Source of the DNA: Felis catus | Taxonomy: Eukaryota | Direction: 5' to 3' | Assembly: GCF_018350175.1 (NCBI RefSeq) | Contig: NC_058380.1 | Coordinates: 45,756,001-45,820,000 of the forward strand | DNA: 64,000 bases | In this document: piece by piece, positions 35,657 through 46,330 of the stretch | Position numbering within the stretch: position 1 is the first letter of the stretch | How the letters are laid out: each line of letters begins with the position of its first letter | Notes under the pieces: generated by a model | What the model saw: only the letters and a program-made list of their open reading frames with translations | Database searches by the model: none | Told to the model about the DNA's origin: nothing | Program-made: the position numbers and the translations under genes

Positions 35657-38260
35657 TGGCCAATGTTGCTAGAAGTCAGCAGAACGCTAGTGGGCGCCAC
35701 ACTTCCTCACAAAGAGGATCCAGATGCTGGCGGCGCGCGACTGGCTCCCAGGACTGTATCAGCGCTTTGGTCCAGGAGCGTTCCATTGCCCCATCGCCCC
35801 ATAGTCCCATCGTCCCATCGCCCCATCGCCCAATCGTCCCACAGTCCCGTCGTCCCTTGATTCCGACGCTGGCCAATGTTGCCAGAAGTCAGCAGAAAGC
35901 TACTGGGCGCCCGACTTCTGACAGAGAGCATCCAGATGCTGGCGGCGCGCGACTGGCTCCCAGGACTATATCCGTGCTTTGGTCCAGGCACCTCCGATAG
36001 TCCCATCGCCCCGTCTTCCCATCATCCCATCGTCCCATCGCCCCATCGCCCATCGTCCTATCATTCCATCGCCCTGTCGCCCCATCGTCCCAAAGCCCCA
36101 TCGCCCATCGTCCCACCGCCCCACCGTCCCAAAGCCCCATCGTCCCATCGCCCCATCGTCCCATAGCCCCATCGCCCATCGTCCCATCGTCTCATCGTCC
36201 CATCGTCCCATCGTCCCACAGTCCCGTCGTCCCTTGATTCCGAGGCTGGCCACTGTTGCTAGAAGTCAGCAGAACGCTACTGGGCGCCCGACTTCCTTAC
36301 AGAGAGCATCCAGATTCTGGCGGCGCGCGACTGGCTCCCACGACTGTATCCGTGCTTTGGTCCAGGCGCGTCTCATCGCCCCATCGCCCCATCGCCCCAT
36401 CGTCCCATCGCCCCATAGTCCCATCGCCCCATCGTCCCATCGCTCCACCGTCCCATCGCCCATCCTCCATCGGCCCATCGGCGCATCGTCCCATCGTCCC
36501 TTCGTCCCATCGTCCCATCGTCCCACAGTCCCGTCGTCCCTTGATTCCGACGCTGGCCACTGTTGCTGGAAGTCAGCAGAATGCTACTGGGCGCCCGACT
36601 TCCTCACAGACAGCATCCAGATGCTGGCGGCGCACGACTGGCTCCCACGACTGTATCCATGCTTTGGTCCAGGCGCGTCCCATCGCCGCATCGCCCCATC
36701 GTCCCACCGCCCCATCGTCCCATGTTCCCATCGCCCCACCGCCGCACCGTCCCATCGCCCCATCGTCGCTTCGTCCCATCTTCCCATCGTCGCATCCTCC
36801 CATCGTCCCATCGCCCATTGCCCATCGTCCCAACTTTCCATCGCCCCATCCTCCCATCGTCCCATCGCCCCATCGTCCCAAAGCCCCATCACCATCGCCC
36901 ATCGTCCGATCGTCCCATCGTCCGATCGTCCCATTGCCCCATCGTCCCAAAGCCCCATCGCCATCGCCCATCGTCCCATCGCCCCATCGTCCCACCGTCC
37001 CATCGCCCCACCGCCCCATCGTCCCATCGTCCCATGTTCCCATCGCCCCATCGTCCTATGTTCCCATCGCCCCACCGCCGCACCGTCCCATCGCTCCACC
37101 GTCCCATCGCTCCATCGCCCCATCGTCCCATCGTCCCTTCGTCCCATCTTCCCATCCTCCCATCGCCCCATCGTCCCAAAGCCCCATCGCCATCGCCCAT
37201 CGTCCCATCATCCCACCGTCCCATCGCCCCATCCTCCCATCGCCCCATCGTCCCATCGTCCCATCGTCCCATCGCCCCATCGTCCCATCGCCCCATCGTC
37301 CTATGTTCCCATAGCCCCACCGCCGCACCGTCCCATCGCTCCACCGTCCCATCGTCCCATCGCTCCATCGCCCCATCGTCCCATCGTCCCTTCGTCCCAT
37401 CTTCCCATCGTCCCATCCTCCCAAAGCCCCATCGCCCATTACCCATCGTCCCCTCGTCCCAACTTTCCATCGTCCCATCGTCCCATCGTCCCACCGTCCC
37501 ATCGCCCCACTGCCGCACCGTCCCACCGCCCCAAAGCCCCATCGCCCATTGCCCATCGTCCCATCGTCCCAACTTACCATCGCCCCATCGTCCCATCGCC
37601 CCATCGCCCCATCGTCCCAAAGCCCCATCGCCATCGCCCATCGTCCCATCGTCCCATCGCCCCACCGCCGCACCGTCCCACCGTCCCATCGCCCCATCGC
37701 TCCACCGTTCCATCGTCACATCGTCCCTTCGTCCCATCTTCCCATCGTCCCATCCTCCCATCGTCCCATCGTCCCAACTTACCATCGCCCCATCGTCCCA
37801 TCGTCCCATCGTTCCATCGCCCCATCGCCCCATCGCCATCGCCCATCCTCCCATCGTCCCATCGCCCCATCGTCCCATCGTCCCATCGTCCCATCGTCCC
37901 ATCGTCCCATTGCCCCATCGTCCCAAAGCCCCATCGCCATCGCCCATCGTCCCATCGTCCCATCGCCCCATCGTCCCATCGTCCCATCGTCCCATTGCCC
38001 CATCGTCCCAAAGCCCCATCGCCATCGCCCATCGTCCCATCGCCCCATCGCCCATCGTTCCTTCGGTCCATCGCCCATCGTCCCATCGCCTCATCGTCCC
38101 ACCGCCCCATCGCTCCATCGTACCATCGTCCCATCGTCCCACAGTCCCGTCGTCCCTTGATTCCGACGCCTGATCACCCCGTCGTCCCATCGCGCTAACG
38201 TCCCACTGTCCGTTCATCCCATCGCTCCATTGCCCCCTCCTCCCACCCTCCCATCTTCCT
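35657..38260. repeat. Composite VNTR: 4 x [~120-bp header + (CCCATCGT/CCCATCGC)n + 29-bp linker]
   Basis: Headers at 35657, 35870, 36247 and 36554; linker acagtcccgtcgtcccttgattccga(c/g)gc at 35841, 36218, 36525 and 38141. Confidence 0.95.
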
Positions 38261-38560
38261 GCCTTCGGGCCCTGTCCTCCGTTCCCTCTTACCCCCAATC
38301 CTGTCCCAGCCGGTCTCGGCCGCGGCCTCAGGCTCACATGCCACCCTAGGCTGACAGGGCGATTCAACGCGCTCACGTGGGTTCGGAGCCTCCAGTTCGT
38401 TTAGGAAACGATTGTTGGAAAAAATGGCCCGGCTGCACTCTCGGCGCAAAAGGAGAGTTCGGGACACAGGGAGCCCAGAAAACTCAAGGTCCACGCCTCC
38501 CTACCCGTGGAGGATGTTCCTGGCGGAGGAAGCACAGAGGAGGTGCCCGCCAGGCGCTAA

Positions 38561-38597
38561 GGGCGGGGAGAAGCAGGGCTTTGCGGGGACTATAAAA
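38561..38597 (+). promoter_or_regulatory. GC box plus TATAAAA in a CpG-rich region
   Basis: gggcgggg at 38561-38568 and tataaaa at 38591-38597. Confidence 0.4.
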
Positions 38598-38810
38598 GCA
38601 GCACACAGTTGGCGCCCACAGCGCCTCAGCCCTCGCTTTGCCCTGGCGCTCTTGGAAGGGCTCAGCCTGGAGTCCCCCGAAGCTGCCCAGAAGCTGCCCC
38701 GACGCTCCCCTTTCTGTTTCAAAGTCACAGCTTCTTTGCCCTAAAGCCACTTCCGAAAAGGACGGCCGCGCGCCACCTGCCGGCCGCCTGGAGAACCACC
38801 GAAATCGTCA

Positions 38811-39300
38811 ATTGCCCAGGTCTGTGGTTAGCCAAGCTCTGCAGCATCCCTGCCTGCTCCCTTGCTGGAGACCTGCCTTGGCTCCAGAGCCCAGGAAACA
38901 GGGACATCCTCCTACTTTTGAGACAGTTGAAAAGGAGCCCCTCTCACACATGCCTGAATGACAGAACCTCCTGATTCAGGCTTCCTTGGGAAAGAGACTG
39001 TATCGCCCAAGTGCAGAAGGCACAAACCACCTGTTTCCACCATCAGATGCTCCAGCAGATCTCAGCCTCTTCAGTACAGACAACGGCCGCGCTGCTAGGG
39101 GCGACGCCCACCTCCTTACTCTCCCGTCTAACCTGGATCGCAGCCTGGAACACCTGGAGCCCCCGGAAGAAGACAACCCGGCCCGTGTTTGGGAATTGTG
39201 GCCTAGAAGTATTTCTAAAGCATCCATCTGTATATGAAGGAAAAGACACACAGTCGCTCTACCTGGGTAGCAGGTGAGAAATATCTGAAACCAAAACCGT
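38811..39300 (+). pseudogene. IFN-delta-like pseudogene
   Basis: ATT-GCC-CAG (lost ATG of MAQ..), then LCSIPACSLAGDLPWLQSPGNRDILLLLRQLKRSPSHTCLNDRT/FRLPWERDCIAQVQKAQTTCFHHQMLQQI/SLFST..LDRSLEHLE../LGIVA*KYF*SIHLYMKEKTHS..W. The F.(F/L)PW motif and short C-D loop are IFN-delta hallmarks. Confidence 0.85.
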
Positions 39301-39305
39301 GAACT

Positions 39306-39517
39306 TAAAAAAAAATAAGTTTATTTATTTATTTTGAGAGAGACAGAGACAGCGGGAGCAGGGGAGGGGCATAGAGAATAGGAGAGAGAGAGAATCTCAG
39401 GTAAGCTCTGCCCTGCCCACACGGAGCCAGAGGGGGACCTGGAAGTCAAGTCTGATACCATGACCTGAGCTGAGACCAAGAGTGGGAGGCTTCATCCACT
39501 GAGCCACCTAGGGTCTC
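39306..39517 (-). mobile_element. Diverged Can-SINE at the 3' end of the delta pseudogene
   Basis: SINE body; TSD aaaa(c/t)c(g/a)tgaact. Confidence 0.8.
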
Positions 39518-39779
39518 CAAAATCATGAACTGAAAAAAAAAAATAGTATAGAAGACATGTTTAGGAGAAGAACATGATCTATTTCCATAAGTAAATGATC
39601 TTGTGATGTAATTTTAAAATCTGATCAAGGTTTGGGGCGTATTTGCGATTTCCAAAATGTAAAGTCCAAATTTTAAGTGGAGAGGTGTTTGGGGATAGTA
39701 TTTTCTGAAAGACATTTGTCAGTAAGTGAATGCCAGCTGTTGTACCAGATCTATAGAAAACTAGAAGAGACCGTGCAGG

Positions 39780-40100
39780 AGTTCCAGCTCAGATGTCTCT
39801 TCTGGTTGGCTCATCTTCAAACAGTGACTCAAGGACACGAGGCCCTTCCATTCTGTGACTTGACCATATTCAGCACAGGACTCCAAATGGGTGTGGGATG
39901 CTTGAGTCTATTCCAGTTAGTTGTAAAGGGAGACAATATGGAAGATCACATGGGAGGTTTTCAAGGGTCAAGTCTAGACCCCACAGGACAGTATCACTTC
40001 CACCACCATTTGTCTGGTCCGAATGTATTCTCATGGGCTGCCTAAGTGTCAATATCAAGTGCGTCCACTGGGAAACAGACTCTACTCTGGTGACTGTGGA
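39780..40100. mobile_element. MLT1J/K-like LTR remnant
   Basis: cagtgactcaaggacac..ccttccattctgtgact..atcacttccaccaccattt. Confidence 0.5.
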
Positions 40101-40154
40101 AGAGAGGAGTTCAGTGAAAGTGAGTTTTCACTGTTACATTATTTGTACTGATGC

Positions 40155-40615
40155 TTTTTTTTTCTTTACGTTTACTTATATTTGAGACAGAGAGAGACAG
40201 AGCATGAATGGGGGAGGGTCAGAGACAAGGAGACACAGAATCTAAAACAGGCTCCAGGCGGGGCGCCTGGGTGGCGCAGTCGGTTAAGCGTCTGACTTCA
40301 GCCAGGTCACGATCTCGCGGTCCGTGAGTTCGAGCCCCGCATCGGGCTCTGGGCTGATGGCTCAGAGCCTGGAGCCTGTTTCCGATTCTGTGTCTCCCTC
40401 TCTCTCTGCCCCTCCCCCGTTCATGCTCTGTCTCTCTCTGTCCCAAAAATAAATAAACGTTGAAAAAAAAATTAAAAAAAAAAAAATGAAAAACCAGGCT
40501 CCAGGCTCCGAGCTGTCAGCACAGAGCCTGATGCGGGGCTCGAACTCACGGACTGCAAGATCATGCCCTGAGCCGAAGTCAGCTGCTTAACCGACTGAGC
40601 CACTAAGGCACCCCT
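40155..40615. mobile_element. Minus-strand Can-SINE with a plus-strand SINEC_Fc nested inside (~40260-40490)
   Basis: Host SINE is split at aaa(a/c)caggctccagg, duplicated at ~40244 and ~40491. Confidence 0.92.
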
Positions 40616-41527
40616 GTCTGATGCTTTTCTCAAGGGGAACAATAGCCAATATGTTGGCAGCACACTTTTTCTTGAAAAGCTCAAAACGACTGACCCAAAG
40701 TCTGACTTCACAGTTTAAACCGGGGGGAGATTCAGTCCAATGGATGTCACTCTTTAGACTTAACAGCATCATTGATCCACTGAAAGAAGCATTGCAATCG
40801 ATTGCCAGAGGCCGATGTTGGAAAGTGGCCATAAGCGTGGAGATGAGGTCTTGGAACACTTTGTAAAATTCAGTTATCATTATGTGAGGGAGGTGAGCAA
40901 GGTATGATGAGGTAGCTCCTTGCAGGTACTTGAGGCTCTCTGAAATAAAAGAGGAGAGTGAGTCTTCCATTGATGACCAGGCCCGTGATTCTCGTCTTAA
41001 TATTCTAAATACTGAAAATACAAACTTGAAGGAAATTTCCNNNNNNNNNNNNNNNNNNNNNNNNNNNNNNNNNNNNNNNNNNNNNNNNNNNNNNNNNNNN
41101 NNNNNNNNNNNNNNNNNNNNNNNNNNNNNNNNNNNNNNNNNNNNNNNNNNNNNNNNNNNNNNNNNNNNNNNNNNNNNNNNNNNNNNNNNNNNNNNNNNNN
41201 NNNNNNNNNNNNNNNNNNNNNNNNNAAATGCTTCACAGGCTATTCCATTATAAGTTCCCTGTAGGACCGTGAGGAATTCATATAGGATCTTCAGATCTAT
41301 TGTCCTTGCAAATCACATGATTCATATCTCTGTAGCCTCTGTTGGTAGTATTCTTTCTCCTTTAATTACCATGCTTGTTTTCCTCATGAATATTGATTGT
41401 GCTCTGGAAATGATGTGGGCCAGACTGGGTGCCTAGAAAAACAGCCGGCTAAGATGATGTCTCTCCCCTTAAGTATTTTCCAGACCCCTGGAGGGAGGTA
41501 TTCTAAGGAGAAAACAGAGCAGGTCAG

Positions 41528-42011
41528 GGCTCAATCTGTTTGGGCTGCCTTAAAAAAAGAGCATACCCTGGGTAGCTTGTAAAAAGCAGTAATTTATTGG
41601 GGCGCTTGGGTGGCTGAGCCAGTTGGGCGTCCGACTTTGGCTCAGGTCATGATCTCGTGGTTTGTGAGTTTGAGCCCCGCGTCGGGCTCTGCGCTGACAG
41701 CTCAGAGCCTGGAGCCTGCTTCAGATTCTGTGTCTCCCTCTCTCTCAGTCTCTCTCCCACTCACCCCTGTCTGTGTCTCTTTCTCTCTCAAAATACAAAT
41801 ATTAAAAAAAATTTTTTAAAAAGCAGTAATTTACTGGTCACAGTTCTACAGGCTGGAAATCCAAGAGTAGAGGGTCTCTTATAAAGGCCCCAATTCCATC
41901 ATGAGGGCTATACTCTTGTTCTCGCACTACCTTCCAAAGGCCCCACCACCTAATACCATCACTTTGGAGTTAGGACTTCAACAGATAACATCCAAACAGT
42001 CTGACCATAGC
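41528..42011 (-). mobile_element. MLT1A-type LTR interrupted by a plus-strand Can-SINE (41599-41820)
   Basis: tcacagttctacaggctggaaatccaag..aaaggccccaccacctaataccatcac; SINE TSD aaaagcagtaattta. Confidence 0.85.
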
Positions 42012-43134
42012 GGCTCCTTAAAGGCTCCATGCCCGCCATTTAGAAGAGAGAACACAGCCGTGCCGAGTGACAAGAGTGAGGAGGCAGGTTGGCAGGCAAG
42101 GACAGGGCGCCTAGAATTAGGAAGCCAAAGCCTTGCTTTCTGACGGGAAGGGAAGCTCTGATTATTACCCACCCTGCCCTCCCCGAATTCTACATATCAA
42201 ACTGAAACGGAGCCTACTCTCCCACAGAAATAGATGGAGATAGGAGCATGCAGCTAGTGGTTCATGTTCTTTCTGAGTTGTCTCCAGAGAAGCTCAGGGT
42301 GAAGGCTTGATCGTTGGCGCTTCGGTAAAGACCCACCACCAAGTCCGGGGATCAACGGTCCGGTGACTGTGAGCTCTGGGGTCCGGGAGAGTTGGAGTTT
42401 CGATGTGTTGTGCTGTGTGGGACACCAGGCTGGTTAGTTTTCTGTGATGACCACGTTGAGGGGCGATTTGAGATGAGGCCACACCTGGGGGTTCTTCCTC
42501 GTGCTGGGCAAAGGCTGAAAATAGTGCTGTTTTGGCAGCCTGAATCCCAGAGCCCTGTGTGCAGGAAAGCAAATAAAATCCCAGTGGCTTCAGCAATAAT
42601 CTCAGTAGGCCACGTGGGTAGCAGGAGACTAGAGCAGAAATTTCAGCCATTGTCTCTACAGTCTTGCTCAGCACCTATGGCCCTGATGAAGCAAACTAGC
42701 ATGGTCATTCACGAATGCCTTCTGGTTGGTGGAGAAAATCAGTGAGACGCCTGCAGTAAAAGTGACTTACTGAGCCAGTATTCAGGGCCCGGTGCTGAGG
42801 ACAACAGAGTGAATGTAACAGAGTCCGTGACTAAGAGCTGGTGTGTCCAAGATGGGTACACAGCTTCCATTTAAAGAGTTGGTCTATGGAGGGCTTAGGC
42901 CGGGTAACTTCCTATGCAGAATCCAAAGAGTTAAGGATGGGAGCTCAGAGAAAGTTCTTCACATGATAATAATCAATATTTACAAACTTCTGAATTTAGG
43001 ACAAACAACTTTCTTTTCTTTTCTTTTCTTTTCTTTTCTTTTTTTTAAGAATAGATCTGGTTTGGGACTTCTGAAAGTCCTCTGGGAAATTTGAAATTAA
43101 ATGCAAATATAAAAGAAAATTCAAATTGAATATA

Positions 43135-43341
43135 TATGTTTTTTAAGATTATCTCTTTTGAGAGAGAGAGGGAGCACAAGCGGGGAGGAATAGAGAGACA
43201 GGGAGAAAGAGAGAGTCCCAAGCAGGCTCTGCACTGTCAGCGCAGAGCCTGACGAGGGGCTCAAACTCACAAAATGTGAGATCATGACCTGCGCTGAAAC
43301 CAAGAGTCAGACGCTTAACCAACTGAGCCACCCAGGCACCT
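43135..43341 (-). mobile_element. Can-SINE
   Basis: Reverse-oriented SINE body. Confidence 0.9.
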
Positions 43342-44394
43342 GCGAATACGTTTTCTTACTTGCCTATTTTCATAGGCCATATCATTACCAACGGTGCAAA
43401 AATTAGCTCTTGGGGAGTGAACAAATCTTACGTATTACAATGGTTCGTTGCTCTTCAAATCAACCCTATTCAACCAAATCTTATTCCTTAGGATTTATGA
43501 TCTCATCACCTTGTATCTTCTCGGTGTTTCTTGGGTATCTTATGTGAAGTATTGATGTTGAGTTCATGGATGTTATACAAAATGTATGCATGTTAAGAGC
43601 AATAAAACTTACATCCAGTAGATGGATCACCAGAGGACTCTCCCTCCATCATTTGCTAGATTTCAAAGCTGTGTTGTGAGAGGTGGGCTTCCCTTACTCA
43701 GAAGACGCCACGGTGCTTACGTTGGAGCCTTAGCGTGAACTGGGCTCTAAAACTAAATGCGAGTAGTTTCTATTTGATCATTTAATTCTACTAAAGTTAT
43801 TCAACTCATTTATAATTTATGTCAATTGCTGAAAAGAAATCGATGTTGAGAATATCTTGATGAATATCTAGCTGCTAGTGAAATTAAAAATTGTTTTTTG
43901 ATATGAAGCAAAATTAAAAGTTAAGACCTAAAAATACATGTTAAGACAATACTGTAATTTTTCAATTGTTTTTAGAAGTTCTTAAAATCGTTTTAAGTAT
44001 ATCATTACATGTATATTATTATTGTTTGTATAATTATTAATTTGAATATGTACTTAATACATTACTATTTATACACGTAAATATGTTAAAATTTGCTCTG
44101 CAAACTTAGCTATAGAGATAAATAAAATGTTAATAACTTTAAATTTACTTTTAGCTTAAAATTTTTATCAATTTTAACCCTGCCTTGGATAAAAAAAGAA
44201 GTTTGGCACTCTCTTTTTCTATGTATAAAGGATAGATAGAGAGAGAGTACATAAATAGATATAGAGTATAACTGTGTCATTAAAATTTCATGAGGGGTTC
44301 AATTAGCAAAAACAATCTAAAAGGGCTCAGGGGTCAGGGGAAGGGGGCAATAATTAAATAAAACGGTTGAGAAGCACTGCTCTAAACCCATTTG

Positions 44395-44480
44395 GAGAAT
44401 GCAAAATGAAAACCAGAAAACAAAAGTAGGAAGAAGAGGAGATTCAGAAAATGGAAACTAATGTGTTCCCATTTAGGAGG
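44395..44480 (+). promoter_or_regulatory. IFN-alpha virus-response-element region (GAAA repeats) with a variant TATA position
   Basis: gcaaaatgaaaaccagaaaac..cagaaaatggaaacta..cccatttag. Confidence 0.7.
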
Positions 44481-44571
44481 TGCGCACAAGGGAAGATGTT
44501 CAGAGAACCTGGAGCCACGGGTCACAGAGTCGCCCACCCCAGCCAGGCCAACAGCATCTGCAAGATCCCCA

Positions 44572-45153
44572 ATGGCGCTGCCCTCTTCCTTCTTGGTGGC
44601 CCTGGTGGCGCTGGGCTGCAACTCCGTCTGCTCTCTGGGCTGTGACCTGCCTCAGACCCACGGCCTGCTGAACAGGAGGGCCTTGACGCTCCTGGGACAA
44701 ATGAGGAGACTCCCTGCCAGCTCCTGTCAGAAGGACAGGAATGACTTCGCCTTCCCCCAGGACGTGTTTGGTGGAGACCAGTCCCCCAAGGCCCAAGCCC
44801 TCTCGGTGGTGCACGTGACGAACCAGAAGATCTTCCACTTCTTCTGCACAGGGGCGTCCTCGTCTGCTGCTTGGAACACCACCCTCCTGGAGGAATTCTG
44901 CACGGGACTTGATCGGCAGCTGACCCGCCTAGAAGCCTGTGTCGTGCAGGAGGTGGGGGAGGGAGAGGCTCCCCTTACGAACGAGGACATTCATCCCGAG
45001 GACTCCATCCTGAGGAACTACTTCCAAAGACTCTCCCTCTACCTGCAAGAGAAGAAATACAGCCCTTGTGCCTGGGAGATCGTCAGAGCAGAAATCATGA
45101 GATCCTTGTATTTGTCAACAGCCTTGCAGAAAAGATTAAGGAGCGAGAAATGA
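44572..45153 (+). CDS. IFNA: Feline interferon alpha, 193 aa, intronless
   Basis: [23 protein letters not shown]|[36 protein letters not shown]; NTT glycosylation site; IHPED insertion; ATTTA-rich 3' UTR at ~45356-45390. Confidence 0.96.
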   Translation: MALPSSFLVALVALGCNSVCSLGCDLPQTHGLLNRRALTLLGQMRRLPASSCQKDRNDFAFPQDVFGGDQSPKAQALSVVHVTNQKIFHFFCTGASSSAAWNTTLLEEFCTGLDRQLTRLEACVVQEVGEGEAPLTNEDIHPEDSILRNYFQRLSLYLQEKKYSPCAWEIVRAEIMRSLYLSTALQKRLRSEK

Positions 45154-45879
45154 GACCTGTTCAACATGGAAATGATTCTCGCTGACTAATCGTATCACAC
45201 TATCCACGTGTCCTGCCATGTCAAAGACTCTCATTTCTCCATTCTGCTGTGACATGAATGGCATCAATCTGTCAATAGTTTCAGGAGTATTAAGTACATC
45301 ATGTCAACTCTACAAGCACTAGTCACTTTCCGATGACCTTGCTGATCTATTTCACAATTTATTTATTTACTTAACTATTTATAAGATTTAAATCATATTT
45401 GAATAATAATGATGTACTTTCAGTTTGTGGTTAAGAGAAAAAATATATTCTTTATATTTATTCAACTTATTATTTTCTTTATTAAATATTTTCTATAGAA
45501 AAATTCTTGTCTTTGTTTATCATTTAAAAAAGAAACAACTCTGATGAAAGAATGGATTGTGCAATTCACTTACTCATTACATTATTCACGTTATACATTA
45601 AAAATAGGCTTTCTCTAAGCCAGTCTGTATGCGGCTGACAGGATAGGGGTGGACATAACAAATCCAGTTCTGCTTTTGCACCAGTGAGTTTTGTGGAGAA
45701 AACAACCTAAAGACAATAATCACACTGAATTTATATCAGTTATATTAAACAGTATAATGAGGAGAAGGGGAAAATGGAGTTCTCTCAGCAGAATCTGCAG
45801 GAAAGCATGCCAGGAAACAGAAACAAAAGCCGTAGATATCTCCTATAATTGACTGGTGGACTTCCAAGTGCGAATATTC

Positions 45880-46330
45880 TTTGGAAAATGGATATTTGAG
45901 TCTGCAATTTACAAGCAACTCCATTAACTGGAAGCCTTAAAACAGAAGCGGTCACACGGGAAGAGGAGAGCATGAGCAAAGAACTTCAGATCGATTCCTC
46001 GAAACTTCAGATGGTAAAGGGAGAAAAGAGCCACAACAGAAACAGAGACGGAATGGCCACGAGGTAGTAGGGTAAGAGAGAATATCGGTGAAAGTCGATT
46101 TCAAGGACTGAAATGGCTTCAAAGAATTGCATCATTGTAAAATGTGGATGTAAAGTGCCCGCCGCACTGGGATGAAGGGGGCATTGAAGCTTTGGTGAGA
46201 GCTGGTTTGGAAGAACTCACAGAAACCGTATTGGAGGGTGGGAGGGAATGAGTGAATAAGAGAAGAGAAGTTCAGGTATAAGGAGCAAATAGTTGTGAGA
46301 GATGTGCCTGCTGAAATGCAACAGGAGAAT
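45880..46330 (-). mobile_element. L2 remnant downstream of IFNA
   Basis: Purine-rich L2-like sequence, paralogous to 55650-56110 and 63620-64000. Confidence 0.6.

Noticed and set aside
35657-38170. CRISPR-like repeat/spacer reading of the array
   Set aside because: The context is eukaryotic, the 'spacers' are variable-length octamer repeats rather than unique sequences, and no cas genes are present.
35979-38198. 739-aa plus-strand ORF and the many overlapping PIVPSSHR / MGRWDDGT ORFs
   Set aside because: An 8-nt repeat without stop codons gives the same periodic peptide in all three frames of each strand. There is no ATG start for the 739-aa frame and no domain; it is a by-product of the array.
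40587-41253. ORFs beside the 41041-41225 gap
   Set aside because: No recognisable protein; they are partly SINE- or gap-derived and cannot be supported.
44461-44571. 37-aa N-terminal extension of the first IFN-alpha
   Set aside because: The upstream ATG lies 5' of the TATA position and so outside the expected mRNA; the signal peptide starts at 44572, as in the paralog.
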